The notes under the pieces are model-generated. The model saw only the letters and a list, made by a program, of their open reading frames with translations, did not search any database and was not told the origin of the DNA. This document shows, piece after piece, positions 1 to 12,060 of a stretch of DNA of 64,000 bases. The stretch's first letter is position 1, and every line of letters starts with the position of its first letter. The position numbers and the translations under genes are program-made. The DNA comes from Euglena gracilis (taxonomy: Eukaryota): positions 14,364,387-14,428,386 of the forward strand of contig CP154954.1 in NCBI GenBank assembly GCA_039621445.1. Direction: 5' to 3'.

Positions 1-3000
1 CAGCAGGATGGACAGCGAAGCGGCCTGCTGCTGATAGCCAGTCTCCCCATTCCCTCGGTGCCCATGCCACGCCTCTGCCAATCGCGACCCTTTGCTTTGT
101 TCATGACCCATATTCGTTCAACTGTCCCTGGTTTGAAGCCAAGAAAATTCTTCAATGTCTTTTCAGAGGAGCCTTGGAAGCACAATCCAGTCATTGTTTT
201 TCTGCTTTTCAAGTTGTATTTGCCGTCTTCCAGCATCCCCCCAACCAGCAGTTTCTTATTTTGGCTTGCTGGATCCCCGGATTCTGAAACAGCCAGAGAA
301 TCAGCAATTCATCAATGGCTAGTTCATTTTGACAAACAATCAGAAACATGTTTGTAGAAGCGTTTTTCTTGTGGCCAACCAACCCACGACCCCCACACTC
401 AAGAGAAGTTTGGCCAGCTATTTTTTTTGTTTCTAACGTCTTTTTACAACGAGTTGCATAGTCGTCAGGGCATTTCTTTTTCGTGTGTCGTAAATGTTAT
501 GGCGTAATGTACACCATTTTTTTTTCTCAAAAAGGAGTTTAAAGTCAATTCCTTCAGTATTATTTTTAGGTTTGCTTGGAAACCAATTTGCAAAAATTTT
601 GTCATGTGGATACCAGGGACTGCGCCAACGGACCCCGTGCCATATGCTGACGACCCATCCCAGCACCTTCCTCTCGGCCTGAGAATGGAACGCCAAGTAA
701 AAACCCTGTGTTATCAGTGGGGTTTGTCACCAAAGACATTGGCTGAGCAATGTATAATTTAATAAGGGACAATCAAAAAAGGTTGGGCAATGGATGCTTT
801 CCCACCCCATTTGAAATGGTACATCTGATATACAAAAGGCTTTGGGTCAATATATTATATTTTTTTGCATGCAGCTGTTCTTCGTTTTCACATTGCACAC
901 TGTTCCCATTCACAAACCTTAAACAATTTACACTGAAAACAGGAAAAAAGGTAGCTGTGCATTTCATGAGGCAAACGAAAGAACAAGCAGCATGTTTTCC
1001 ACAATTTCAGCCGAAGGGATGGATTGCGCAAATGCGTTACACTGACCATGTGCACATTTGCACACACCATCCATTTGTGTACAGACCCCGAGGCAGGTAA
1101 AAGCGAAAACGTTCATCAAAAATTCCAGGGGAGAAGCAGGAGAGAAACAATGGGTGTAGGGTGTGTGTAGGGGGGAGGGTTCCGGGACTGTCGTGCATAC
1201 CAGGGATTTTGTGTCGTGCAGAAATAAAACAGCCAAAAAAAAAGAAATTCGGCCAAAGCTGTGGAGTGACAGCCCCAAAAAAAGAGAATTCGCTCAGATC
1301 TCTCGCAGTCATGATCCCCCTCGATCCAATTTCTCAAAGTTCTGGAATTCCTTGCGAAGAAATAAAATTCCGTTAGTGTATGTGTTTGCGCACACCAACC
1401 AAAAGAAGTTTATTTGTGAGTTATGCCGTCCAAGTCAGTGAAAAAAAGTGTACTCCTGGCATTTCACCCAGTTTCAGTTCCAGGTTAAATCAATTTCAAT
1501 TCAAAATCAGTTTCAATCAATTTCAGTCAGTTTGGCACCCACCCACCCACTGTCGGAAAGGGCTGTTATGGCCAATATGGCTTTGGCCTTTATATTCCAG
1601 TGGTTGGCCATTCCCATGTTTTCCCTCCACCGCTTTTCCACATCACGGCCTCGGTAGCCATACGGCCACCGTGCAGGCCATATTTTTTTTTTAGGTCACC
1701 CCTCCTGCTACAAGTTCACATGTGCTGCTTCTCTTTTCCAATCACTCACATTGTCCATCACCCTTTCTTTCTTATCTCCCCCCATTCTCTTTCTGACTTC
1801 TGTTTCTGATTCTTTCTTTTTTATATTTTTTTTGAATTATTTTAATGCCGGAAAATAGAACAACGTCAGTGGGATGTGGGGAAAATTGCGATTCTTTTTG
1901 GAAGAGCATTTGGAACGCCCCTCGCACAATCTCCCATCAACAACTATCCCAGATGATTCTGGGCCTGTTTCATTGGAACTTGGTGCTCCAGATTGGCGGA
2001 TGTGTTGCGAGTGTGTTATTTGGGCAGCCAGACAGACAGGCAGACAAAGACAGAAAGAGTGAGAGGGAGGGGATAGGTGGATAGGGGATAGGTGGGTCTG
2101 CCAGGGCTTTCGGGAATCCCCAAAACAAACCCCAATGGGTAATGGGCGGTGGGTGGGGTGGTCGATCCCTAGGGGGGGGGCTGCACAGGCAGGTGGGATG
2201 GTCGACCAGATAGGTGGTCGACAACCCACCCATCCAAGCCCGCAGAGAAAATTCTGACCTTAAAACCAGTATTATGGGAAGGCCTTGCAGGTATGGGGGG
2301 GGGGCACAAGGCTCTTGGGGTCCCCTGCTGGAATGCGGGGTTTCGGCTATTTTTGGCACGAAAGACCGACTTTTTCTAACCCCCGAAATGTGGGGACCTG
2401 CTGGGAGAAACCCTGGGTCGGTGCGCCTGGCAGGGGGCATGGGTACCTTCCCCTGGTCTCTGAAAAAATACCTGATTTATATGCAAGAAAGGGAGGCAGA
2501 CAGAGACAGATATTGGTTGTTTCATGCATTGCATTTCATTTTTATAATTTCAATGTAGTTATCCTCTGACACAAATTGACCAAATATTCCGGTACCTGGG
2601 GCATGTCATTTTCCAAACCTTTTTTTGCACCGTTGCTTTTTGACATTCGGGCAGTCACCGTGAAGAATCTCGATGTCTGCTGGGTGGGAGAGAAAAAGGA
2701 AGGTCTCCCCGCCCTGTTGCCATCACTCAGCGATTGTCGCAAAGTCCATTTTCAGTCCAGAGGATAGTTGAGAAGAACGGATAGCTCCGGTTGCCACAGT
2801 ATTTTTTTTATATTTAAGTTAAAACAGGCGCAATGAACCTGATGGGTGCAGCAGAGCAGGAGCACACCACGCCGCGGACCAGTTGCCTGGAGCCCTTTCG
2901 CGAACCCGCCCAAATTATTTTAGAACCCCCGCGTGATAGCTGACCTTCAACCTGCCGGCCAGTATCAGCCCACAAGACAAGGAGCCTGGCTTCTGATTCT
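1..3000 (+). CDS. Chain of lower-GC exons of an unknown protein (gene begins upstream of the window): about 1-330, 617-696, 1011-1096, 1859-~2030, possibly ~2640-2765 and 2828-3000
   Basis: The frame is open from base 1. AG..GT bounded exons join in phase: TAPTDPVPYADDPSQHLPLGLRMERQ | PKGWIAQMRYTDHVHICTHHPFVYRPRGR | TTSVGCGENCDSFWKSIWNAPRTISHQQLSQMILGLFHW. The later pieces need a homopolymer frameshift or contain a stop. No family recognised. Confidence 0.5.
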
Positions 3001-5264
3001 GTAACGTATAATTCATATATGACGTCAAACTCCCACATTTAATTTGGAGTGGTTGTTTCCTAGACATGAATGAATTGAAGCACAGACCCATATCTGAGCA
3101 AAGAATTTTTTTGCCTTCTTTGTATTTTTGCAAAAAAAGATTCAGCGGCATGTGTCAGGGATTGGTGCTCATACCGAAAGAGATAATTACGGAAGATTAC
3201 GGATAACTACGGATAAGCCAATTTTTTTGGTTGTTGAAGCCAATTTTTGGAATTGTGGGCCATTTTTCGCTGCTGCTTCTGGGTATTTTGAGCACTTTTT
3301 GACTGCTACTGGCTGCTTTTTGGGCAATTTTGGCCTCCTTTAGCAGGTTTTTTGTCACTTTTGACCACTTCTGACTGCTTTTGGTTGCCTTTGGCCATTT
3401 TTATCTGTTTCTGACTGTTTTGCCGCTTCCCATTTTTAGCCCATATTTGGCCATTTCTGGCTGTTTGGTCATTTGGATTCTTTTTGACTAGGTTTAGCTT
3501 TTTGTGCTTTTGGGGGGGGTGTTTTACTACTTCTGGCTGCTTCTAGTTCCTTTTAACTGATTTAGTCACTTTCAGTGATATTTTCCTTATTGTACGCATT
3601 TGTGAGGCGATGTTAGGAGCCATTTCTGGGTGGATGTCCCCAGTCAGCACAGGCATTGTTGCAATTTTGAATAATTACGGATAATTGCGGAGAGCAACGA
3701 ATGTTTCCCCATGCTCTTATATTCGTCCTAATGCCCATCTCTTAATAGCAATGCGAGGCTTGCAGCCGTCACTCAGTCTCCGCTAAGATTCCGTGCCCTG
3801 GTAGCCATTGTATTGCCGTACCCGCGCCAGGTATGCAAGGTGTAAACAGCCTATCGGCTCATGACCCATCTCTGTTCACTCCCCTCGTTGTTTGACGAGG
3901 TGTCTCTCGCATTCCAAGCAGGGCGTCGCTTAAGCCTAAGGGCACCTCATCCCCGGGTGGGATGGTCCACCAGCCAGCTGCCTTTTTCCAGCCTACCCCC
4001 CTATCGAGGGGTTTGATTTACTTTGCACTTAGACGGCCTAACTTGCACTTCAGGTTTTGATCTTTGCATTGCGCCTAAGCGCAATGTTTGCAATCTTTTA
4101 AAACGGCAGTGAAACCCATCCTTTTGACCCTTTGGCCCCACGGAGACCCTCCATGGTGACAGCTGCATCATTTGCCGATGTTGGGACCCATGGAACAGGG
4201 CCAATTTTGGTGTTTTTCAGCCTGTTCACCGTTTTAAAATAAGGTTCAAGACCCAGTATTTGAACTCCGGGACACGTGAATATTCCCAAAAAAAAGTCCC
4301 AAAACCCCATTGCGAGTTCCTCTTTTTTGAAGCCTTGTTTGTGTTCCCAGACGGTGCTACACAGGCCGGGTGAAATTTGGCCCCTTTTTAGGTGCGATAT
4401 GTCTGTGAAGGGTTGACTGCTAAGGCATCCAGAGAGTGGACTCTGCACATACATTGTGAACAGTTGGCACCATAGAAACACAATTTTTAAAATTCTAATG
4501 CAGCGTGGCTGTAGCGCCGATGCGCAATGTTGACCCAATTTCAAGACAATGTGATTGAGAGTTTCCTTCCACCTGTCCTAAGTTTTGTCCTCTGTCCCCT
4601 CTGGTGTTCATGAATGTGCCCGTTGCGCGGATGCGCAATGAAAACACATGTTGACGCATATGTTTTTGTTATTGTGCAAGTGCGCAATGATCAGCCACAT
4701 GTATAATTACAAAAAAAAATAAACATCACGTAGGGTGTACGGACACATTAATTCGGATTGTACTGAACCTCAGGCCTAGATGTTCCAAAACAGGCCTGTT
4801 TGGGACATCGGCGAAATTTTTCAGTCATTTTCATAATTTTTCAAAGCTAATTTTGTACCCCAGCCCTGGGGGTACAGCTAGAAACTAATTCGGACTGTCC
4901 TCAACCTCAGGATTTGGTGTACCAAAACAGACCTTTTTGGGAAATTGCGCATCAGCGAAATTTCCAGTCATTTTCAAAGCTAACTGCGAGTTAGGCCGCC
5001 TAAGTTGCAGCCCCAGAAGGAAAGCTTGACGGTGAAATATTCTTTTTTTTGAGGGGCACAAACGGACCAAATAACGCGCTAAAACGGCCGGAAAAATTCC
5101 TGGCGAGCGCAATATTTGAGTCAAAAATTGATTTTTTTTATACATATTTGGCCTTTTGGACAAGTGTTTTTTGAAGTTTCGACTTTTTTTTTTCTGCCCA
5201 GTTCGACCCTGGCCGCCCAAATTTTCCAGCCACCTGGGCGCTGGGGGGAGGGTCCTCGAGCGAT

Positions 5265-6533
5265 GTCCTGTTTCCAAATTTCTGTTTTTGTAAGCCTCAG
5301 CTCCTGTGGCGATTCATAAGTCTTCCTGAATGCGATACTCCAACATGGCAACTGTCCGAATGTGTCCAACTCCTAGGCTGAGGGGGAGGGTGGATGGGAC
5401 CACGGAATGCTTCCCTCATCCCAGGGGTCAAATGTATTTTCTATTTGTTAAATCACGGGATATACTGAGTCAATGTTCTGATTATTTTTTTTTTGATCTG
5501 ATCATTCTTGGACAAACTTTTTTTTTAAAGGGTATTTTCAAGCCTTTCTGTTTTCATTCAGAACTCCTGGCGCATTTTTTTCCTCCGCCCAGGTTCTGGG
5601 GGGAAAAAGCTTCTGGTTATTAGCTGGTTTGATATCAAAGTTTAATGGGTACGTGTGATAATAGAAGGAAGTTTTTACAAATTTCGTCATTTGCGACATC
5701 GATGGAAATTTTGAGCCGTAATTCACATCCTTCAAAAGAGAAACTCGCATCCTTCCACAAAAAAAGGTCCATAAGCACGACTTCTGGCATTTTGAAAACA
5801 CGCTGATTCTGGACATGTGGAATTTATTTGGTGAAAAATCCAAAAGCGCAAAAAAACATGCCGAAAAGTTTGGTCTCAAATGAAATCTGGTCCAGGATGG
5901 GGAGTTTTTTTATTTTTTAAGTGGGGGAAAGCTTAAAAAAGCTCAGTAATCGCCAAATTTTGTCAAAAATTGTAAATACTGGAAATTTCGGCAAAACTGC
6001 AACAAATTAACAAAAAAATCACCTCGGTTCCCTTGTGGAACGTTCAAGGAATTGCCGGAATTCATTGTAGAACGGAAAAAAAATTGCGAAAAATTGAACA
6101 AAAATTGCGAAAATTGTGGACAACGGCGACAAAGAACAAAAAAAAATATTGGATATATATTGGATATTGGATATATAAATATTGGATATCAATCCCCCCC
6201 AACTGTCAATCGCATTTATTTTTGGGGAATCTCGTAATTGAAGCGTCATATCGTTTGGGGGGTAATTGAAGGGTCAATACCTTGGGGTCCACAGACCAGT
6301 GAAGGGAAGGGGAGCCCATAACGGGGAAAACTTCGCCATATCCTCTCTTCCTCTGGGACCTGGTCCCGTGCCAGGGGGCAACCTTAGGGGGGCCAAATTT
6401 GTGCTTTTAGAATTTTGGTGCGCTAGTTGCAAAAGAAGCCAAAAACGTTAAACACAAGGAGCCAAACTTTAGGGCGGGGGAAAGATGATGGGTGATGAAG
6501 AGGTTGGGAGGGGTGGCAAACGCCTGGTGGGAA

Positions 6534-6586
<53 letters not shown>

Positions 6587-8702
6587 TTATATAATATATA
6601 TATATATATATTCCAATTTTCTGGCTAATTTCATCACTCTGACCGTTTTTGACCGTTTGAGGGACATTTTTTTTGACCAAATTGCCATTTCTGGCCACTT
6701 TTAGCAACTGATGTCAATTTTTTGCTAGCTTGAACAGCGTCAAGCTTTAAACATTCAGGTCAAGACATTTTGAGTAATGTGTTACCCTTTCTGCTCGTAA
6801 TCATCATTTTCAGCATTTTATTGTGATATTTTGTTGTTTTACTATTTTTATTAGTAAAAAAACATGTTCATGGAGCCAAAGTATCCAACAAGAGCGCATT
6901 GGACTTGAATATCTGGTCGGCTCGTCAATTCACAAATCATGTCAGTGGAAGACCTTCTGAAAACGAATATTTTCTGAAATGGATTCACATCACCGAAGCT
7001 ACATTTTGTCAAACAGGAAAATATGCCTTTTTTTCGGCAAGAATGTGTGTGCAGAGAGTGGTCCAGTGCTCCACTGATGTGCTTCTGGGTCTTGGATGGG
7101 CGTACAGAAAACGGTCAGCAGCAGCACAACAGGAACTAACGTGTTGTTCGCACAAGATACCCTGTGCTGTAATACGGTAGCGGCGAAGTGCATTTGACTG
7201 TTTGAGAGGGCTTCCAAGGCAGCCAACCCAGCGTTGGATACACAAAGCCAGGCGGTGGTCCATCTTATGGTTTGAGGAGCCGGGGAGTGCCCCCCCCCAC
7301 CTAAACTGTGGCGTGATGGATTATCGGTGCGGCACAAAAGAACGAGGAGATTAAAGCAAATCAGGTACCCGCAAAATAGGATGTGGCTAATACAGTACAA
7401 ACAAAAAAGGAGTTGCTTGCCCCCTCCAGCAGAAGTGTAAAAATACAAAAAAACCACAATTCCCGCAATTTTACATCAATTTTTCCGCAATTTTTCCGAA
7501 AGTATATCAATTTTTCACCTCCTGGTGATTAAGCAAAAATTCAAACGAGAACACCCCAAATAAGACCCCTGGTGCGAAGCGTCGGGGAGGGCGAATTTTT
7601 TCCTGAAATTTTTGGGGTTTACCCCAATAATCCCTCATTTCTATCTGGTATTGTTTTTGGGCGTAGCGCCAGAGGATATTTTGTTTGCTTCTTTTGAAAC
7701 CTGCCAAGGAGGGGGTTGCGGTCCAGGAACTCTCCCAACGTCTGGGGGGGGGGGACAAAACCTGCCGAAAAAAGCCACACCAAATACCCATTTTCACCTG
7801 GGCGAGCAGGCAGTTGGGATGGGTTTTTTCAGTTGGAGGAGCCTGGAGGACCAGGACCCCAGACCTCCCAGGAGAAAGGGGTCCAGCCAGTGGCTTTTCT
7901 TGTGGCTAGTTTTCGGACCGCCTGGGGTCCCAAGACAGATCCTGGCTCTGATTATGAAATAGGTGTGTGTGTGTGTGTGTGTGTTTATGTGTTTGTGTGT
8001 TTGTGTGTTTGGTTTTTGATTACAGGTCTTTATTTTTCATTGCAAATTGTCCCATCATGCTGCACTGGTCCTGCACCTTTACACCTGCGATCTGACACAA
8101 GGTTTTCAAAATTCATTTGCGTTCGGCCCTGCTTGCTGGAGAACAGTAAGAGAACGCTTTCTTCCTTCCTACCTCATTTGTTGCACTGCGACCACTTTGG
8201 CCGTGCCATGTCTTTGCCTGTGGAACAGAGGGCTTTGTTTGTGGGCCAATTGAACTGCACTCGAACCATCCACTCCGCTGGTGAGATTGTGATCAAAGCC
8301 TGCTTTTTGCGTTTTTCCCTTGTTTGACTCCCTGTGCGCGTGTTTTCAGGTGTCTACCCCCGCATCAGTAATGAACAGGGGGTCCGGACCTTCCAGTTTG
8401 TCAGCTTTTATAGCAATCAAATGCCATACACTCACGCTCAAAGAATTAGCCCTATTCGGAATATTTTGGTGTCCATTCGGTTTGGGGGGGGAGGTCCATG
8501 AAATATTATTGCACAAAAATATTGACCTTCCTTTTTATGGATTCCAGAACATTTCACATCACCAAGTAGTCAACCAACGATGGTGGGTCAGGTGTGAACC
8601 GTCACTGCTTGATGGGACAAGATGCCACAATATTTGGCACAATGCAGCTTTCGCGGCATGGCACTTTTCCAACCCATCATGGAACCATGGCAACTTGCTA
8701 AC
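5265..8702. pseudogene. Degenerate duplicate (copy A) of the exon block at 8.8-11.2 kb, with internal inversions
   Basis: Same block order as 8800-11230. The exon at 8026-8240 has a 27-nt deletion and frameshifts relative to 10744-10986. The inverted exon at 5290-5372 has an in-frame TGA where copy B has AGC. Confidence 0.7.
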
Positions 8703-8907
8703 ATGTATTTTTTGCAGTTTCGACTTTTTTATCCAGTTCGACCCCAGCAGCCTTTGTCCATTCAGCCCTCAGCCCCCCCCCCCAAAGCTACGCCTAAAGC
8801 TGATCTGAAATTAAAGCTGAGTATATCCTATGATTTAAAAAAAATATATAATACATGAGATGAGGTATGCATTCTGGTGGTCCCATCCACCCTCCCCCTC
8901 CGCCTAG

Positions 8908-10689
8908 GAGTTGGACACATTCCGACGGTTGCCACGTTGGAGTATCGCATTCAGGAAGACCTAAGCATTGCCACAGCAGCTGAAGCTTCCAAGAACAGAA
9001 ATTTGGAAACAGGGTTTATTTTTTTTGATCTGATCGTTTTTGGGCATTTTTAATTTATTTCCTTCTTTTGGGTAATTTCGAGCCTCTCTGTTTTGATTCA
9101 GAACTCCTGGCGTCTTTTTTTTTCCTCCGCCCAGGTTCTCGGGGGAGAAAAAGATTCTGGTCATTAGGTGGTTTGATATCAGAGTTCTTTGGTGATGTGT
9201 CTTACTCTTGTTCCCATCAATGCAATACATCTTGTTGTATTTCTCAGCAGGAAAACACACACACACACATCAGGGTTATCCCCAAATGAATACGAAGAAA
9301 TTATTGTAAATTAACAATGTATTGTCCCAAAAAATTTCTGATAGCAGAATTGGGGAAGGATAATAGAAGGAGCAACTCCTTTTTTTTTTTTTATTGTATT
9401 AGCCATATCCTATTTTGCGGGTACCTGATTTGCTTTTAATCTCCTCGTTCTTTTGTGCCGCACCGATACGCCACAGTTTAGGCGGGGGGGGTCAAACCAT
9501 AAGATGGACCACCGCCTGGCTTTGTGTGTCCAACGCTGGGTTGGCTGCCTTGGAAGCCCTCTCAAACAGTCAAATGCACTTCGCTGCTACCGTACTACAG
9601 CACAGGGTATCTTGTGCGAACAACACGTTAGTTCCTGTTGTGCTGCTGCTGACCGTTTTCTGTACGCCCATCCAAGACCCAGAAGCACATCAGTGGAGCA
9701 CTGGACCACTCTCTGCACACACATTCTTGCCGAAAAAAGGCAGCTTTTCCTGTTTGACGAAATGTAGCTTCGATGACGTGTGTGTTTCTGTGGTCGGCTC
9801 GTCGTTTTGTGAAAATTTTCTGCCCCCCCCCCCCAGCAGCAGTGTATTAATTACCAAAACCGCAATTTCCGCATTTTTTTGCGCAACTTTCCCGCAATTC
9901 CCGCAATTTTTCAGCAATTTACCCGCAATTTTTTCTGAAGTCCTCCGATGTCAATTCCCCCCTCCCTGCGATGAGCAAAAATTAGCCCCCTTGTGCGAAG
10001 AGTCGGGGACGGTAATTTTTTCCTGAAAAAAACTCTGGAAAGAGACCTGAAAGAAACTGCCACAATCCCTCGTTTCTATCTGGGATGTCTTTGGGCGTAG
10101 CACCGGAGGAAAATTTTTCGCATCTTTTGAAACCTGCCGAGGAGGGGGTGTTTTGCGGTCCAGACACCCCCTCCCAACGGCGGGCTGTCACGTCACCCCC
10201 AGGGGGGAGGTCCAGATTCCAATCAAATTCAATACTGGAATGCTTCCCATTCCTGGTGATCAGGCTCCCCCATGAGGGTTCACAGTACAACCCTGGGGGG
10301 GTCGACTGCAGCTAGTCCAAATTTGGCTTGGACCCCCTGGGTGAGTTCTGCTTGCAGGCTAGGTCGTTGATTTTTTTTACAAGTGACCAGCGCGAAGCAC
10401 CAGAAAAATTGACTGGCCAAAACCTGCCAAAAATGGCCGTTTTGCAGGTTTTGCATTTTTTTGGGAACAAAACCAGCCGAAAAGGAAAAAAAAACACCCC
10501 AAAAACTCATCTCCACCTGGGCCAGCAGCCAGTTGGGATGAGTTTTCCATTTGGCGGACCTGGGGGACCCAAACTCCGGACCTCCCAGCAGAGAGAGGTC
10601 CAGCTAGTGGCTTTTCTAGTGGCTAGTTTTAGGACCCCAAGGCAGAGCCTGGCTCTGATGCAATGTGTGTGTGTTTAGGTGTGTGTGTT

Positions 10690-10724
<35 letters not shown>

Positions 10725-11245
10725 ATTTGGTTTTTGATTGCAGGTGTTGATTCTTCATTGCAAATTGTCCCACCATGTTGGTTTTTCACTGGCACTCGAT
10801 TCGGCTGCATTGGTCCTGCACCTTTACACCTGCAATCTAACCAAGTTTTTCAGAATTCATTTTCGTTCCACTTGCTTGCTGGAGTATAGTAAGAGAACAC
10901 TATCTTCCTTCCCACCTCATTTGTTGCACTGCGACCACTTTGACCGTGCCATGTCTTTGCCTGTGGTAACAGAGGGTGCTTTGTTTGTGAGTGGATGTGC
11001 AGTGTTGACTGAACTGCACTCCAACCCTGCAGCGTGAGTGTATGGGTTGGATTGCTATAAAAGCTGACGAACTGGAAGGCCCGGACCCCTTTTCATTGGG
11101 CAAGGGGTCTCGTTACACATGGGTGGGTAGGTGCTTGATGGGACAAGATGCCGCAAGATTTGGCACAATGCAGCTTTCGCGGCATGGCGCCTTTCCAACC
11201 CATCGTGGATCCATGGCAACCTGCTGAAGCGTCCCCCGCTGGCTG
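8908..11245 (+). CDS. Exons of an unknown protein (copy B): about 8908-8995, ~9504-9735, 10744-10986, 11131-~11245
   Basis: AG acceptors precede each exon (cgcctag|, cataag|, gattgcag|, gggtag|) and a GTGAGT donor lies at 10987. Peptides: GVGHIPTVATLEYRIQEDLSIATAAEASK; WTTAWLCVSNAGLAALEALSNSQMHFAATVLQH...; VLILHCKLSHH...EGALF | VLDGTRCRKIWHNAAFAAW. Differences from copy A are enriched in synonymous changes. Confidence 0.55.
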
Positions 11246-11618
11246 TATCATTTGTTGACCACTAGTAGCAGTCTATTTTATTTGAGTTGGATTGGTCCAT
11301 CTGTTGAGTTCGATTGGTTTCGATGGTCAAACTGAATGTGAATCTTACCTGCAGCTAACCCCCAACACGTTCAGGATGCGCAATGAAAACACATGTTGAC
11401 ACGTACGTTGTTAGCATTGCGCAAATGTATTATTTCTGGTGAAAACCGTTATATCCCCAACAAATTTTTTCTGCTTTCTCCTGAATGGTACCATTTTGCG
11501 GGCTTTTCGTTGGGGCGGGTTATTATATTTGGGGGGTTTGCAATATTTTTGTGTACGACCCCCTGAAATTCTGGGACAAGGAGGGGGCTTTCAGAAGTAG
11601 TGAGTGTGACTGGTTCAG

Positions 11619-12060
11619 CCTGCGTCCATCAACCAATCGCCCCCCCGCCGACACCTAATTGTACAGCTTCCCACGCTTTCCCCTGCTTCGGGCCCAGGCT
11701 TCTTCAGCTGTTCTGAAACGCTGAATTGGTGAGTTAATTTTGAAGTCAAACCTGCTGGGTCACGAGAGTTATGTGCGGATTTTGTGCATAACCATGATTT
11801 CGTAGTTTTTGCATTTCGGAAGAGGAATCCAGACCGAATCTCGGTATGCTTCGGAGTAGTAAGAGAGTACGAATTCACCAGAAGCCCCAAAAACTCTGAT
11901 TCTGAAGAAGTCTCTCCGCATTCCTTTGGGAGTCGCTGCCCGGAAGCCGTGCGGCAAGCTTGCTACCATTGAGGTGTGGTGCGGAAGCTGCAGGGAATCC
12001 TGCTCAGTAGTTTCCTCCATGGGCTGTTTACCACAGCTGCCTTTGCTTTTGGCTCTTGCT
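11619..12060 (+). CDS. Further exon-like segments (11619-11728; ~11830-12060), frame uncertain
   Basis: The first segment is bounded by cag| and |gtgagt. The second reads DRISVCFGVVREYEFTRSPK...CPEAVRQACYH*GVVRKLQGILLSSFLHG, with one TGA. Confidence 0.3.
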
